A DNA stretch of 64,000 bases from Patescibacteria group bacterium (GTDB lineage: Bacteria; Patescibacteriota; Minisyncoccia; UBA6257; UBA9933). The translations under genes were made by a program, and so were the position numbers. The stretch is taken from the NCBI GenBank assembly GCA_038065955.1, contig JBBTPY010000001.1:92061-156060 (forward strand), given 5' to 3'. Positions 44,873 to 54,543 of this stretch are shown here, in pieces; the stretch's first letter is position 1; the number at the start of each line of letters is the position of its first letter. The notes beneath the pieces are model-generated. The model saw only the letters and a program-made list of their open reading frames with translations. It had not been told where the DNA came from and did not search any database.

Positions 44873-46621
44873 TTATTTTAACATAGAAAGCATTTTCTCG
44901 GCAGACCAACAATTAATAATGTCATTTTTTGCCGCCCAACCGCGGCGAGCCTGAAAAATGCCATATTCCATAAAATTCATTTGTTCTTTTTGATGGGCAT
45001 CCGTATTAATAATCATTTTAACGCCAATTTCTTTTGCCTTTCTAATGTTTTTATCATTTAAATCAAGCCTGTAAGGATTGGCGTTGATTTCCAAAATCGT
45101 GCCGGTTTCTTTGGCGACTTTTAAAATTTTAGCGAAATCAATCTCGTATTCGTCTCTTTGTTTCAAAATCCGGCCGGTTGGGTGGGAAATTATGTCAACA
45201 TTCGGATTTTCCATCGCCTTAATAATCCTTTCGGTCATTTTTTCTTTCGTCATTTTCATCTGCGAATGAACGCCGGCGATGACATAATCAAGTTTTGCCA
45301 GCGCTTCGTCGGAAATATCAATTGAGCCGTCGGATAAAATATTAGCTTCACAGCCGTGTAATACACGACATTTGACACCTGACATTTGACATTTGACATT
45401 AATTTTATCAATTTCTTTTCGTTGCTCCGCTAATTGTTTTTCGTCCAAGCCATGTTCAATCGCCAAAAACTTCGTATGGTCGGAAATGCCGACATATTCA
45501 TAACCCATCGCCATTGCCGTTTCAATAATTTTTTCAATCATCTCCGGTCCTTTGCCGCTCCCCCAATGCGAATGGCAGTGAAGGTCGCCTTTTATATCTT
45601 TCGGCCTAATAAGTTTCGGAAGACCGTTGGACTTGCCCTGAGCTTGCCGAAGGGCCGCCTCAATCTCGCCCTGATTTTCCCGGAGTTCCGGCGAAATCCA
45701 TCTAAGCCCCAGTTTTTCGTAAATTTCTTCTTCGTTTTCTCCGGCAATCATTTTCGCTCCGCGAAACAGGCCGTATTCCGAAAGTTTCAAACCTTTTTCA
45801 ATCGCGATTTTCCGCAAAACTATATTGTGCTCTTTGGAGCCGGTGAAATACTGAAGCGCGGAGCCGTAAGATTTTTCCGGAACCACGCGAATATCCATAT
45901 CATACCCATCTTCAAACCGAACCGAAGTTTTAGTTTTTCCTTTGCCCCAAATTTTGACGATGCCGGGAAGCGAAACGAAAAAAATCATCACTTTTTCCGG
46001 ATTATCGGAAACCACCAAAAAATCAACATCGCCTATCGTTTCTTTCCGCCGGCGAATTGAACCGCAAGCAACCGCTTTTTTCACTTCTTTGATTCCATTT
46101 AATTTTTTCTCTATTTCACCGACAAGCGGCAAAATTTCGCCGAGTAAAAACCTGCCTTTGTCTCTTTTTAAAAACTCTATTCCTTCCAGAATGTTTTTCT
46201 CCGTTTTTTCTCCGAATCCGAAGAGCGACGCGATTTTATGGGATTTGGCGGCTTTCTCCAAATCTTTCAGATTTTTAATTCCCAATTTTTCGTAAAGAAT
46301 TTTGGCTTTTTTCACGCCCATTCCTTCGACTTTAACGATATTGTCCAAATCAATCGGAATTTTCTTTTTAAATTTTTCATATTCTTTGATTTTTCCGGTT
46401 TTCAGATATTCTTCAATTTTCTTGGCGATTCCTTCGCCGACGCCCGGAATTTCTTTAAGCGCGTTTACGCCGCCTCTTTGATAAATATCTTTCACGCTTT
46501 CTTTTAGAGATTCAACCGCTATCGCCGCTTTTTGATAAGCGTACGGCTTAAAAGCCACGCCTTCCATCTCCAGATAATCGGCGAGTTCGTAGAATATTTT
46601 TGCGAGGTCTCGATTTATCAC
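44873..46621 (-). CDS. Family X DNA polymerase with C-terminal PHP domain (PolX)
   Basis: HhH motifs (GVGEGIAKKIEEYL), Pol-beta-like nucleotidyltransferase core (GSIRRRKETIGDVDFLV), PHP domain HCHSHWGSG...; repeat-derived inserts at 45366-45400 and 45631-45658. Confidence 0.85.
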   Translation of the reverse strand: MINRDLAKIFYELADYLEMEGVAFKPYAYQKAAIAVESLKESVKDIYQRGGVNALKEIPGVGEGIAKKIEEYLKTGKIKEYEKFKKKIPIDLDNIVKVEGMGVKKAKILYEKLGIKNLKDLEKAAKSHKIASLFGFGEKTEKNILEGIEFLKRDKGRFLLGEILPLVGEIEKKLNGIKEVKKAVACGSIRRRKETIGDVDFLVVSDNPEKVMIFFVSLPGIVKIWGKGKTKTSVRFEDGYDMDIRVVPEKSYGSALQYFTGSKEHNIVLRKIAIEKGLKLSEYGLFRGAKMIAGENEEEIYEKLGLRWISPELRENQGEIEAALRQAQGKSNGLPKLIRPKDIKGDLHCHSHWGSGKGPEMIEKIIETAMAMGYEYVGISDHTKFLAIEHGLDEKQLAEQRKEIDKINVKCQMSGVKCRVLHGCEANILSDGSIDISDEALAKLDYVIAGVHSQMKMTKEKMTERIIKAMENPNVDIISHPTGRILKQRDEYEIDFAKILKVAKETGTILEINANPYRLDLNDKNIRKAKEIGVKMIINTDAHQKEQMNFMEYGIFQARRGWAAKNDIINCWSAEKMLSMLK

Positions 46622-49161
46622 GATACAAATTTTATTTCTCCGTTTTCCAAAATCGCTTTAACGCCGCTACCTTTGATAATTTCCTCTCTTAAAATTTTTT
46701 CCGCCAAAACAGAACGAATTTTTTCGGAAATAACGCCGCGCAAAGACCTTGCGCCAAAAACCGGGTCGTAGCCAAGTTCAGCGATACGTTTAATAATTGT
46801 TTCATCAAAATCCAAACTAATGCCATGAGTTTCTTCTAAAGTTTTTGCCAAAGACTTTAATTGAAGTCCGGTAATGGCTTCAATATCATTTGTTGAAAGA
46901 TTTTTAAAAAACACGATTTGGGAAAAACGGTTCAAAAGCTCCGGCTTGAAATATTCGGTCAATTTTTTCTTTAATTCTTCACCTATTTGTTCCATTAATT
47001 TTTTGGCCTCAATTGATTCTTTAATGAAATTAGAATGGGCATTGGAAGTGGCAATAATAATGACATTCGTAAAATCAACAATTCTTCCTAAACTATCGGT
47101 AAGCCGTCCATCATCAAAAACCTGCAAAAATAAATTTAAAATATCTGAATGGGCTTTTTCAAACTCGTCCAGTAAAATCAGACTGTAGGGTTTTTGAATA
47201 ACGGCTTCGGTAAGAGCGCCGGCGATTTTGCCATCCGCCGAACCGATAAACCGACTGATGCTTTCTTTGTTTTGATATTCGCTCATATCAAAACGAATCA
47301 TCATTTTTTCTTCTCCGAATTGAATTTTCGTCAAAATTTTAGATAATTCGGTTTTACCCACACCAGTCGGACCCACGAATAAAAACGAAGCAATCGGCCC
47401 GCCTTGGCGCGACAAACCGCTGCGGTATTCCCTGAGCGCCCGCGAAACCGCGGAAACGGCCGGTTCCTGGTCAACTAAAAACTCATGAATAATTTTTTCG
47501 AGATTCAATAATTTCTCCGCTTCGTCTTTGCCAGCTTTGTGAATCGGCACGTTGATTTTCCGCTCGGCCACCGCGCTCACATCGTCCGCCTGAAGCAATT
47601 TATCGCCGCGCTGGGAAACATAACTTAAAGATTCTTTTAATAAATCTTCGGCGCTGGAAGGAAGTAATTTATTCCGAAAATATTTATGAGCCAAAATAAC
47701 GGCTTGTTTAATGGCGCCGAAACTGATTGTAATTTTATGCTGCCTTTCCAGAATTACCGCCTCATAAATTAAAAGACGTTCCGCGTCATCCTCGGAAATT
47801 TCTTCAACCCGAATTACTTCAAAAGCGTCGATAAAATCGCTTTTTGGCTCAATCAATTGTTTATATTCCCGCGGGTAAGTGGCGCCAATAAGCGGGAAAG
47901 CGTCGTTATTAATAATAGGTAAAAAAATATCTGAAGGAGAAACCTGACCTTCACCGAAAGTCTTCGCCAGATTATGAATGTCCGGAATATATAAAATCAC
48001 GTTGCCGGCCGAAACAATTTCATCGGCTATCTTGTTAAACCGCGCCGAAATTTCGCCGGCCGCGGCGCCGGAAACTAAACGGCCGATTTCCAAAGACACC
48101 AGCCGCTTATCAAAAATCGCTTCCGGCACTTCATCTTTAATAATGCCAAAAGCTAAAGCCGCCACAACAGTCTCCTTTCCGCTGCCCGGCTCGCCTACAA
48201 TAAGCGCATTCGGTTTTATCGTTCGAGATAAAATATCAACCAGTCTGTCATATTCTTGCTTGTGGCCGATTAAAAATCCAATACTGCCTTCCCGCGCCAA
48301 ATCGGTAAAATCAACGCCATATTTATCTAATGTCGGCGTCGGTCTGGCGGTCCAAGCCCTGTTCATCGGTCGATGGCGAAGTTTAAACGGATGGCGCGCA
48401 AAAGCGCCGAGCAATTTCGGCAAACGGTTGAAACGATTGAAACGGCTGAAAATCACCGCTTTTTCCAAATCCGCCGGATTGATTTCAAATAAATTAAAAA
48501 GACGATTGATATTTTTATTATTTGCCCCAGACAGCGCCGCGAATAAATCGCGAGGGTCAATAAAACTATTTTTGGCGTTAATCGCCTGAATAAAAGCCAA
48601 TTTTACTAAATTCCCCGCTTTTAAAAATAAATCTTCCGCCGAATTTTTTATTTTTTTATTTTCTTCAAGCTCAATAAATTCTTCTATTTTCGCCGCAAAT
48701 TCATTAATATCCGCATCCATCCGCGAAAGCCCTTTTTTTATCTCCGGTAATCTGATTAAAAATCTGATTAAATACAGATAAAAATCGCCGCCGACAATCA
48801 GCGCCTTATCGGATGATTTTTCTAATATTGAAAAGCTGGCCGGTGAAAGATAATAAGCCGCGTTAAACATCGGCGATTGAACGACGCCTAAATTTTCTTT
48901 TCGCCGGCTAAGACGAGGAAGATACCTCAAAAAACTCACCGTTGATCTTTCGGCCTGCCCAAAATGAATCAGGCGGTCTCCCAGAAATAATAAAATCAAA
49001 ACCCCAAGCCAAAATAAACGCTTCACGTCGGATAAAATAAAAGTTGCGGCCGCCGCCGTTAAGACCGCGTAAATTAAATAAATAATCAAACGGACAAAAA
49101 ACCGGCCGGCAAAATTCATCTTCAGCCGCGGCTCGAAAAAATATAAATTATTAAAATCCAT
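46618..49161 (-). CDS. Clp/Hsp100-family double AAA+ ATPase (ClpC/ClpB-like) with N-terminal TM segments
   Basis: Clp_N repeat, Walker A GEPGSGKE (AAA-1) and GPTGVGKTE (AAA-2), sensor/ClpB_D2-small region; two hydrophobic helices at the N-terminus; no obvious long M-domain. Confidence 0.8.
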   Translation of the reverse strand: MDFNNLYFFEPRLKMNFAGRFFVRLIIYLIYAVLTAAAATFILSDVKRLFWLGVLILLFLGDRLIHFGQAERSTVSFLRYLPRLSRRKENLGVVQSPMFNAAYYLSPASFSILEKSSDKALIVGGDFYLYLIRFLIRLPEIKKGLSRMDADINEFAAKIEEFIELEENKKIKNSAEDLFLKAGNLVKLAFIQAINAKNSFIDPRDLFAALSGANNKNINRLFNLFEINPADLEKAVIFSRFNRFNRLPKLLGAFARHPFKLRHRPMNRAWTARPTPTLDKYGVDFTDLAREGSIGFLIGHKQEYDRLVDILSRTIKPNALIVGEPGSGKETVVAALAFGIIKDEVPEAIFDKRLVSLEIGRLVSGAAAGEISARFNKIADEIVSAGNVILYIPDIHNLAKTFGEGQVSPSDIFLPIINNDAFPLIGATYPREYKQLIEPKSDFIDAFEVIRVEEISEDDAERLLIYEAVILERQHKITISFGAIKQAVILAHKYFRNKLLPSSAEDLLKESLSYVSQRGDKLLQADDVSAVAERKINVPIHKAGKDEAEKLLNLEKIIHEFLVDQEPAVSAVSRALREYRSGLSRQGGPIASFLFVGPTGVGKTELSKILTKIQFGEEKMMIRFDMSEYQNKESISRFIGSADGKIAGALTEAVIQKPYSLILLDEFEKAHSDILNLFLQVFDDGRLTDSLGRIVDFTNVIIIATSNAHSNFIKESIEAKKLMEQIGEELKKKLTEYFKPELLNRFSQIVFFKNLSTNDIEAITGLQLKSLAKTLEETHGISLDFDETIIKRIAELGYDPVFGARSLRGVISEKIRSVLAEKILREEIIKGSGVKAILENGEIKFVS

Positions 49162-49168
49162 AATTTTT

Positions 49169-49507
49169 CTATTTAAAAATTATCCGATAAACGATATAAA
49201 AAGGAATCGCCAGCCAGACCGCATAAATAAAAACGGCTAAAATAATAAGAATTAAATAAATTAATCCGCTAATTATTAACCTTCCCAATCGGAAAATAAA
49301 CCCCAAAATGTATCCTAAAACGCTGTAATCGCCGTATAGCGGTTTGAATAAATGGCGAAGAGTTATTTTAAAAGCGAAAACTCTGTCAATTTTTTCCAGC
49401 AAAGAAACGACGAAATGAGAATAAATAAAAAAACTCTTGATATACCAATGGCGAAAAAATTCTTTGGTGCGAAATGCCAAACGATTAAAAAGATAAACAA
49501 ATAACAT
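49169..49507 (-). CDS. Hypothetical membrane protein (112 aa)
   Basis: Three predicted TM helices; no motif. Confidence 0.4.
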   Translation of the reverse strand: MLFVYLFNRLAFRTKEFFRHWYIKSFFIYSHFVVSLLEKIDRVFAFKITLRHLFKPLYGDYSVLGYILGFIFRLGRLIISGLIYLILIILAVFIYAVWLAIPFYIVYRIIFK

Positions 49508-49519
49508 AATCGACAGCCG

Positions 49520-50563
49520 CTAGGATTTAGCCACCAGCGGAATTTGATATTTCGTCTCGCCCGCCTCAATAAAAGATTTTATATTCTCAATATCCGCGTC
49601 CAGAATCCTTTGAATTGCCTCTTTGGTGTTGAAAGCGTTATGCGGAGTAACGATGACATTCGGCATTTCCATTAAAACATGGTCTGCCAAAACCGCTTTT
49701 AAATTATGCCCCTCCGGATGGCCGTATAAAAGAAACGCCCGCTCGTCCTTGATAATTCCTTCTTCCTTTAAAACATCCGTGCAATATCCTCCTAAAATTC
49801 CGTCAGTTAAAGCTCTGACTATGTCCTCAATTTTAACCAAGCCGCCGCGGGCGGTATTAATTAATATAGCCCCTTTTTTCATTTTATTTATTTTTTCTAA
49901 ATCAATAAAATTGTGACTGGTTTCCGTATATGGAATATGAAGACTGATTACATCCGAATTCGCCAATAAATCATCGAGTGAAACATAAGAAAACCCAATT
50001 TCTTTTGACAAAATTTCATTGGGATAAGCGTCATAAGCCAAAACATTCATCCCAAAACCTTTGGCAATTTTTACCATAAATTTCCCGATTCTGCCGACGC
50101 CGACAATACCGATTGTTTTCCCGTTCAAATCAAAACCCTGTAAACCGTCAAAAGAAAAATTTTCATCTTCTTTAACGCGGCGAACAGCCTCAAAAATTTT
50201 CCGTGAAAAACTTAATAATAAGGCGAAGGCGAATTCCGCCACCGTATTATCGCCGTAACCGGGCACATAACCGGTTTTAATGCCGCGCGCCTTGACTATC
50301 TCCAAATCAATATGATCAAAACCAGTGGAACGAGTGGCAATAAGTTGAAGATTCGGAAAAGCGTCAATAACTTCTTTTTTTACTTCAGAACCGACAAAAA
50401 CCGAAACAGCGTCAAAATCCGCTTGTCCTGAGCTTTGCCGAAGGATTTCCGGCAAATTATCTTTATTTAATTTTGCCTCGCTGAAAGACAATTCAATGTT
50501 TGGCAAACGCTGTTTTACATATTCCGCTTCCCAAGGTTCTATTTCAAAAAAAGCTATTTTCAT
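49520..50563 (-). CDS. D-isomer-specific 2-hydroxyacid dehydrogenase (D-lactate/glycerate DH-like)
   Basis: NAD-binding GIVGVGRIGKFMVKIAKGFGMNVLAYD, catalytic R/E/H region; 24-bp GC-rich insert at 50421-50446 encoding RQSSGQAD. Confidence 0.85.
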   Translation of the reverse strand: MKIAFFEIEPWEAEYVKQRLPNIELSFSEAKLNKDNLPEILRQSSGQADFDAVSVFVGSEVKKEVIDAFPNLQLIATRSTGFDHIDLEIVKARGIKTGYVPGYGDNTVAEFAFALLLSFSRKIFEAVRRVKEDENFSFDGLQGFDLNGKTIGIVGVGRIGKFMVKIAKGFGMNVLAYDAYPNEILSKEIGFSYVSLDDLLANSDVISLHIPYTETSHNFIDLEKINKMKKGAILINTARGGLVKIEDIVRALTDGILGGYCTDVLKEEGIIKDERAFLLYGHPEGHNLKAVLADHVLMEMPNVIVTPHNAFNTKEAIQRILDADIENIKSFIEAGETKYQIPLVAKS

Positions 50564-50583
50564 AAAATAAATGACATTATTTA

Positions 50584-51171
50584 TTATTTATTCTTTGTTT
50601 TTATCACTTCATCTATTAAACCATATTCTTTCGCTTCAGCCGCGCTGAGATAAAAATCACGGTCAGTGTCTTTTTCAATGCGCGAAAGCGGTTGACCGGT
50701 ATGCTTTGATAAAATCTGGTTAATCTTGTCTTTAATTTTTAAAATATGACGCGCGTTAATTTCAATGTCCGCGGCCTGACCTTCAACGCCACCCATTACT
50801 TGATGAAGCATTACTTCAGAATTGGACAAAGAAAATCTCTTGCCTTTTTTACCGGCCGCTAAAAGCACCGCGCCCATTGAAGCCGCTATACCGACGCAAA
50901 TAGTTGAAACATCTGGTTTAATATGCTGAATAGTGTCGTAAATGGCCATACCGGCAGTAACGACTCCGCCCGGAGTATTAAGATAAATCGTAATGTCTTT
51001 TTTAGGGTCTTCGTGTTCCAAAAATAAAAGCTGGGCGATAACCGCATTGGCCGCTTGGTCGCTAATTGGCCCGCCCAAAAAAATTATCCGGTCTTTTAAA
51101 AGACGGGAATAAATGTCATAAGCCCGCTCGCCCATATGATTTTTTTCAATTACTGTTGGAATTAAATTCAT
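50584..51171 (-). CDS. clpP: ATP-dependent Clp protease proteolytic subunit
   Basis: 195 aa; [13 protein letters not shown] catalytic Ser region, MLHQVMGG. Confidence 0.9.
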   Translation of the reverse strand: MNLIPTVIEKNHMGERAYDIYSRLLKDRIIFLGGPISDQAANAVIAQLLFLEHEDPKKDITIYLNTPGGVVTAGMAIYDTIQHIKPDVSTICVGIAASMGAVLLAAGKKGKRFSLSNSEVMLHQVMGGVEGQAADIEINARHILKIKDKINQILSKHTGQPLSRIEKDTDRDFYLSAAEAKEYGLIDEVIKTKNK

Positions 51172-51698
51172 ACGCTTTTTTTATAATTTTCACGCGCTTT
51201 TTTAATTTCTTCTTTGGCTTTTTTCGCTCCTTCCCAACCTAAAATTTTTGTTTTTTTGCCTTCCAATTCTTTATAGGCTTGAAAAAAATGAGCGATTTCT
51301 TTTAATGAATGCTCGTGGGAAATTTTTAAATCTTTAATATCGAAAATATTGTCAAAACGCGGATTATCAGCCTGAACGCTTAAGATTTTATAATCCTCAT
51401 CGCCATTGTCAATCATTTTTAACATTCCAACCGGCCTGACCGAAACGATACAACCCGGAAAAAGCGGGTCGCTTCCCAAAACCATTACATCCAAGTTATC
51501 ACCGTCCGGCGAACTGGTTTCCGGAATAAATCCGTAATCGGCCGGATAATGCATCGGCGAATACAAAACTCTATCAAGTTTAATAATGCCGCTTTCTTTA
51601 TCTAATTCATATTTGTTCTGACTGTTTTTTGGAATTTCAATAACGGCGTTAATTATTTCCGGCGATTTTTTACCAATTGCGATTTTTAATAAATCCAT
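51168..51698 (-). CDS. ppa: Inorganic pyrophosphatase (family I)
   Basis: 176 aa; [25 protein letters not shown] signature. Confidence 0.9.
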   Translation of the reverse strand: MDLLKIAIGKKSPEIINAVIEIPKNSQNKYELDKESGIIKLDRVLYSPMHYPADYGFIPETSSPDGDNLDVMVLGSDPLFPGCIVSVRPVGMLKMIDNGDEDYKILSVQADNPRFDNIFDIKDLKISHEHSLKEIAHFFQAYKELEGKKTKILGWEGAKKAKEEIKKARENYKKSV

Positions 51699-51716
51699 TT
51701 AATAATTTTACTCTTT

Positions 51717-52898
51717 TTATTCATCTTTAACAACCTCGGACGGCGCGATTTCTCCTTCAGGAGCGCTTTCGGCAATCCCTTCGGCTATCGCCTCATCCGG
51801 CCGCGCCAATGAACGGACGTCAATTTTCCAGCCGGTAAGCTTTGCCGCCAGCCGGACATTTTGACCGTTTTTTCCGATAGCCAAACTCAACTGGTCATCG
51901 GGTACGAAAACCTTGGCCTCCCGCCGTTGAAGAATTTGAACCGCTTTTACTTTTGCGGGCGAAAGGCTGGCGGACACAAATTTTTCCGGATTTTCCGACC
52001 ATTCAATAATATCAATCTTTTCATTGCCTAATTCGCCGGTTACCGCCATTACTCTGGTTCCTCGCTGGCCGATGCAAGCGCCTATCGGGTCAACTCCTTC
52101 AATTTTTGAAGCGACGGCGATTTTTGTCCGGTTGCCGGACTCTCTCGCAATCGCTTTTATTTCAACCGCGCCTTCGGCAATTTCCGGCACTTCCATTTCA
52201 AATAATTTAGAAACGAATTTCGGATGAGCTCTTGAAAGAACAATACCCGGAAGTCTGGCTTCTTCCTGAATCGCCAAAATATAAAACCGCAACCGATTGC
52301 CGACGCGATAATATTCGCCGGGAATAGTTTCATTAAAAAACATCACTCCCGTCGCCCGTCCAAGGTCAATAAAAACATTGCCGCGTTCCATTCGCTGAAC
52401 GACGCCTGAAATAATTTCTCCTTCTTTCCCTTGAAATTCTTTTTTAATGGATTCTCTTTCGGCTTCCCTGATTTTCTGTAAAATCACCTGTTTAGCGGTC
52501 TGAGCCGCAATGCGACCGAAATCTTCATGCGCTTCAAGCGACATCTCCAATTCATCTCCAATCTGAATGTCTGAATTAATTTGCCTTGCTTCTTCAATAA
52601 AAATATGGCGGTCAGAATTATAAATCGGAATAACCGACTCGGGTTCAACGGCAATCTCCTCGTCTTTGTTTTTTACAATAACCGTATTCTTATCAACTAC
52701 GGTTTTTACTTTCCAAAATTTAAGCCCGCCGGTTTTTAAATCCAGTTTGGTTTTAATGTTTTCCCCTCTTTTAGCGTATTCTTTTTTATAAGCCGCGGCA
52801 ACGGAATACTCAATGGCTTCCAAAACCGCCAACGGTTTAATATTTTTTTCCGCAGCGATTTGTTCAATCGCGCGATTTAAATTTTTTATATCAATCAT
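51717..52898 (-). CDS. nusA: Transcription termination/antitermination factor NusA
   Basis: NTD, S1 domain, two KH domains (ACIGQRGTRV..., AIGKNGQNVRLAAKLTGWKIDV). Confidence 0.9.
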   Translation of the reverse strand: MIDIKNLNRAIEQIAAEKNIKPLAVLEAIEYSVAAAYKKEYAKRGENIKTKLDLKTGGLKFWKVKTVVDKNTVIVKNKDEEIAVEPESVIPIYNSDRHIFIEEARQINSDIQIGDELEMSLEAHEDFGRIAAQTAKQVILQKIREAERESIKKEFQGKEGEIISGVVQRMERGNVFIDLGRATGVMFFNETIPGEYYRVGNRLRFYILAIQEEARLPGIVLSRAHPKFVSKLFEMEVPEIAEGAVEIKAIARESGNRTKIAVASKIEGVDPIGACIGQRGTRVMAVTGELGNEKIDIIEWSENPEKFVSASLSPAKVKAVQILQRREAKVFVPDDQLSLAIGKNGQNVRLAAKLTGWKIDVRSLARPDEAIAEGIAESAPEGEIAPSEVVKDE

Positions 52899-52994
52899 AA
52901 TTATTTAGTTAAAATACAAGGCCGCTTTCGGCGACCTTTATATTATTTATAATAAACGATGAAAAACAAAAAGTCAAGAAAAGCATTTGACGAT

Positions 52995-53669
52995 TTAAAC
53001 GCAGCGCCACTCTTTAATTTTTTTATGGTCGCCGGATAAAAGAATTTTTGGAACCGCGTATTTTTTTCCTTTATAAATAAAAACTTCCGGCCGAGTGTAA
53101 ACCGGCGCGCCAACGCCGCATCGTCCTTCTTCAATTGATTCTTGTTTGCCTAAAACTCCCGGAATCTGCCGCGAGACCGCATCTATTAAAATCATCGCCG
53201 GCAATTCTCCTCCCGTTAAAACAAATGGCCCTACAGATATTTCTTCAATTTTAAATCCTAAATCTTTAATTGCTTTCTTAACTCTTTCATCAATCCCTTC
53301 ATAGCGGCCGCAGATTAAAATCAGATTGTCATAATTTCCCGCCAATTGCCTCGCGATTTTATTGTCAAATTGTTTTCCGGTCGGAGTGAATAATATGACT
53401 TTTGATTTTTGCCGCCTTTGACGAGTCTCGCCCTTGGCGGGATACTTAATATTTGATACCGCCTTAATAATGGGTTCAATTTTCATTACCATCCCCGGTC
53501 CGCCACCGAACGGTCTGTCATCAACTTTTTTATGTTTATCCGTTGAAAAATCGCGCAAATTGCTGATTTTAACTTTAATCAATTTTTTTTCCTGTGCGCG
53601 CTTCAAAATTGACTCATTTAAATAACTGTTAAACATCTGAGGAAAAATTGTAATAATATTAAAACGCAT
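52995..53669 (-). CDS. trmD: tRNA (guanine37-N1)-methyltransferase
   Basis: MRFNIITIFPQMF..., SPOUT trefoil-knot motifs (ICGRYEGIDERV, DKHKKVDDRPFGGGPGMVM). Confidence 0.9.
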   Translation of the reverse strand: MRFNIITIFPQMFNSYLNESILKRAQEKKLIKVKISNLRDFSTDKHKKVDDRPFGGGPGMVMKIEPIIKAVSNIKYPAKGETRQRRQKSKVILFTPTGKQFDNKIARQLAGNYDNLILICGRYEGIDERVKKAIKDLGFKIEEISVGPFVLTGGELPAMILIDAVSRQIPGVLGKQESIEEGRCGVGAPVYTRPEVFIYKGKKYAVPKILLSGDHKKIKEWRCV

Positions 53670-53716
53670 TTTATGTATTATATCAAAAACCGCGCCAAAA
53701 GGCGCGGTTTTTTTGA

Positions 53717-53986
53717 TTATCTTTGTTCTCTTGTTGACCCTTCCGGTTCAAAAATTTTCAAATTGACACGAGCGTGATTTTTTATTCCGACAATTCTCAA
53801 TAATGACCGAATCGCCTGGGCGGTTAAGCCCCCGCGGCCAATCACCTGAGCCATATCTGTCGGATGAACTTTTAAAGTCAAAAGCACTCCCATTTCGTCA
53901 ACTTTTCTCTCAACTTTAACTTCTTCCGGGTGTTCAACGATTGATTTAATAAGAAATTCAAGAAATTCTTTGTCTTTATCTGGCAT
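53717..53986 (-). CDS. KH-domain RNA-binding protein (YlqC/UPF0109 family)
   Basis: 89 aa; VIGRGGLTAQAIRSL GXXG KH motif; conserved between rpsP and trmD. Confidence 0.8.
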   Translation of the reverse strand: MPDKDKEFLEFLIKSIVEHPEEVKVERKVDEMGVLLTLKVHPTDMAQVIGRGGLTAQAIRSLLRIVGIKNHARVNLKIFEPEGSTREQR

Positions 53987-54036
53987 ATCAATTACAACCT
54001 ATCATTTATTTATGTTTATTCGACCTTTTTATAAAA

Positions 54037-54324
54037 TCAGACTTTTTCTTCCTGTTTTTTTGACTTTTTATGAACCGGCTTTTTCTTCCCTTTAACGGCT
54101 CCCGATTTTACCAATAAATTATAAACCGTGTCCGTCGGCTGAGCGCCGACTTTTAACCAATGTTCCGCTCTTTCATTATTTATTTTAAACTCGTCGCTTC
54201 GGGGATTAGCCCAGCCCAAATCTTCAACATAACGGCCGCCCAATTTTGACCGCTTTTCCGCCACAATAATTCTGAAACTGGCCTGTCCTTTTTTGCCTAT
54301 TCTTTTGAATTTGATTGCCAACAT
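54037..54324 (-). CDS. rpsP: 30S ribosomal protein S16
   Basis: MLAIKFKRIGKKGQASFRIIVAEKRSKLGGRYVEDLGWANP canonical bS16. Confidence 0.95.
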   Translation of the reverse strand: MLAIKFKRIGKKGQASFRIIVAEKRSKLGGRYVEDLGWANPRSDEFKINNERAEHWLKVGAQPTDTVYNLLVKSGAVKGKKKPVHKKSKKQEEKV

Positions 54325-54399
54325 ATATTTTTATTATGAATAATAATATTAATAAATAAAAAATTGAAAGTCAAGATTATATCATAATTATATCATATC

Positions 54400-54439
54400 A
54401 ATTTCGGTTATTTCAACGATCGTTGAAATAACCGAAATT
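54400..54439. repeat. 40-bp palindromic repeat element, copy 3
   Basis: Identical to copy 2, including flanks tatatcatatc... and ...ggctgaaacattaaa; intergenic between rpsP and smc. Confidence 0.85.
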
Positions 54440-54543
54440 GGCTGAAACATTAAAAACATTAAATGTTCTTCTGTAAAATTATCTGTAAAATTATCTGTAA
54501 AATTAATAAATGATTATATCTTTATGTATTAAAAGTGTTTCTT

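Noticed and set aside
45434-46507. Plus-strand ORFs of 208, 117 and 89 aa
   Set aside because: Antisense within the PolX gene; Phe/Asn-rich.
52943-53134. 63-aa minus-strand ORF
   Set aside because: Overlaps the 3' end of trmD in another frame; no support.
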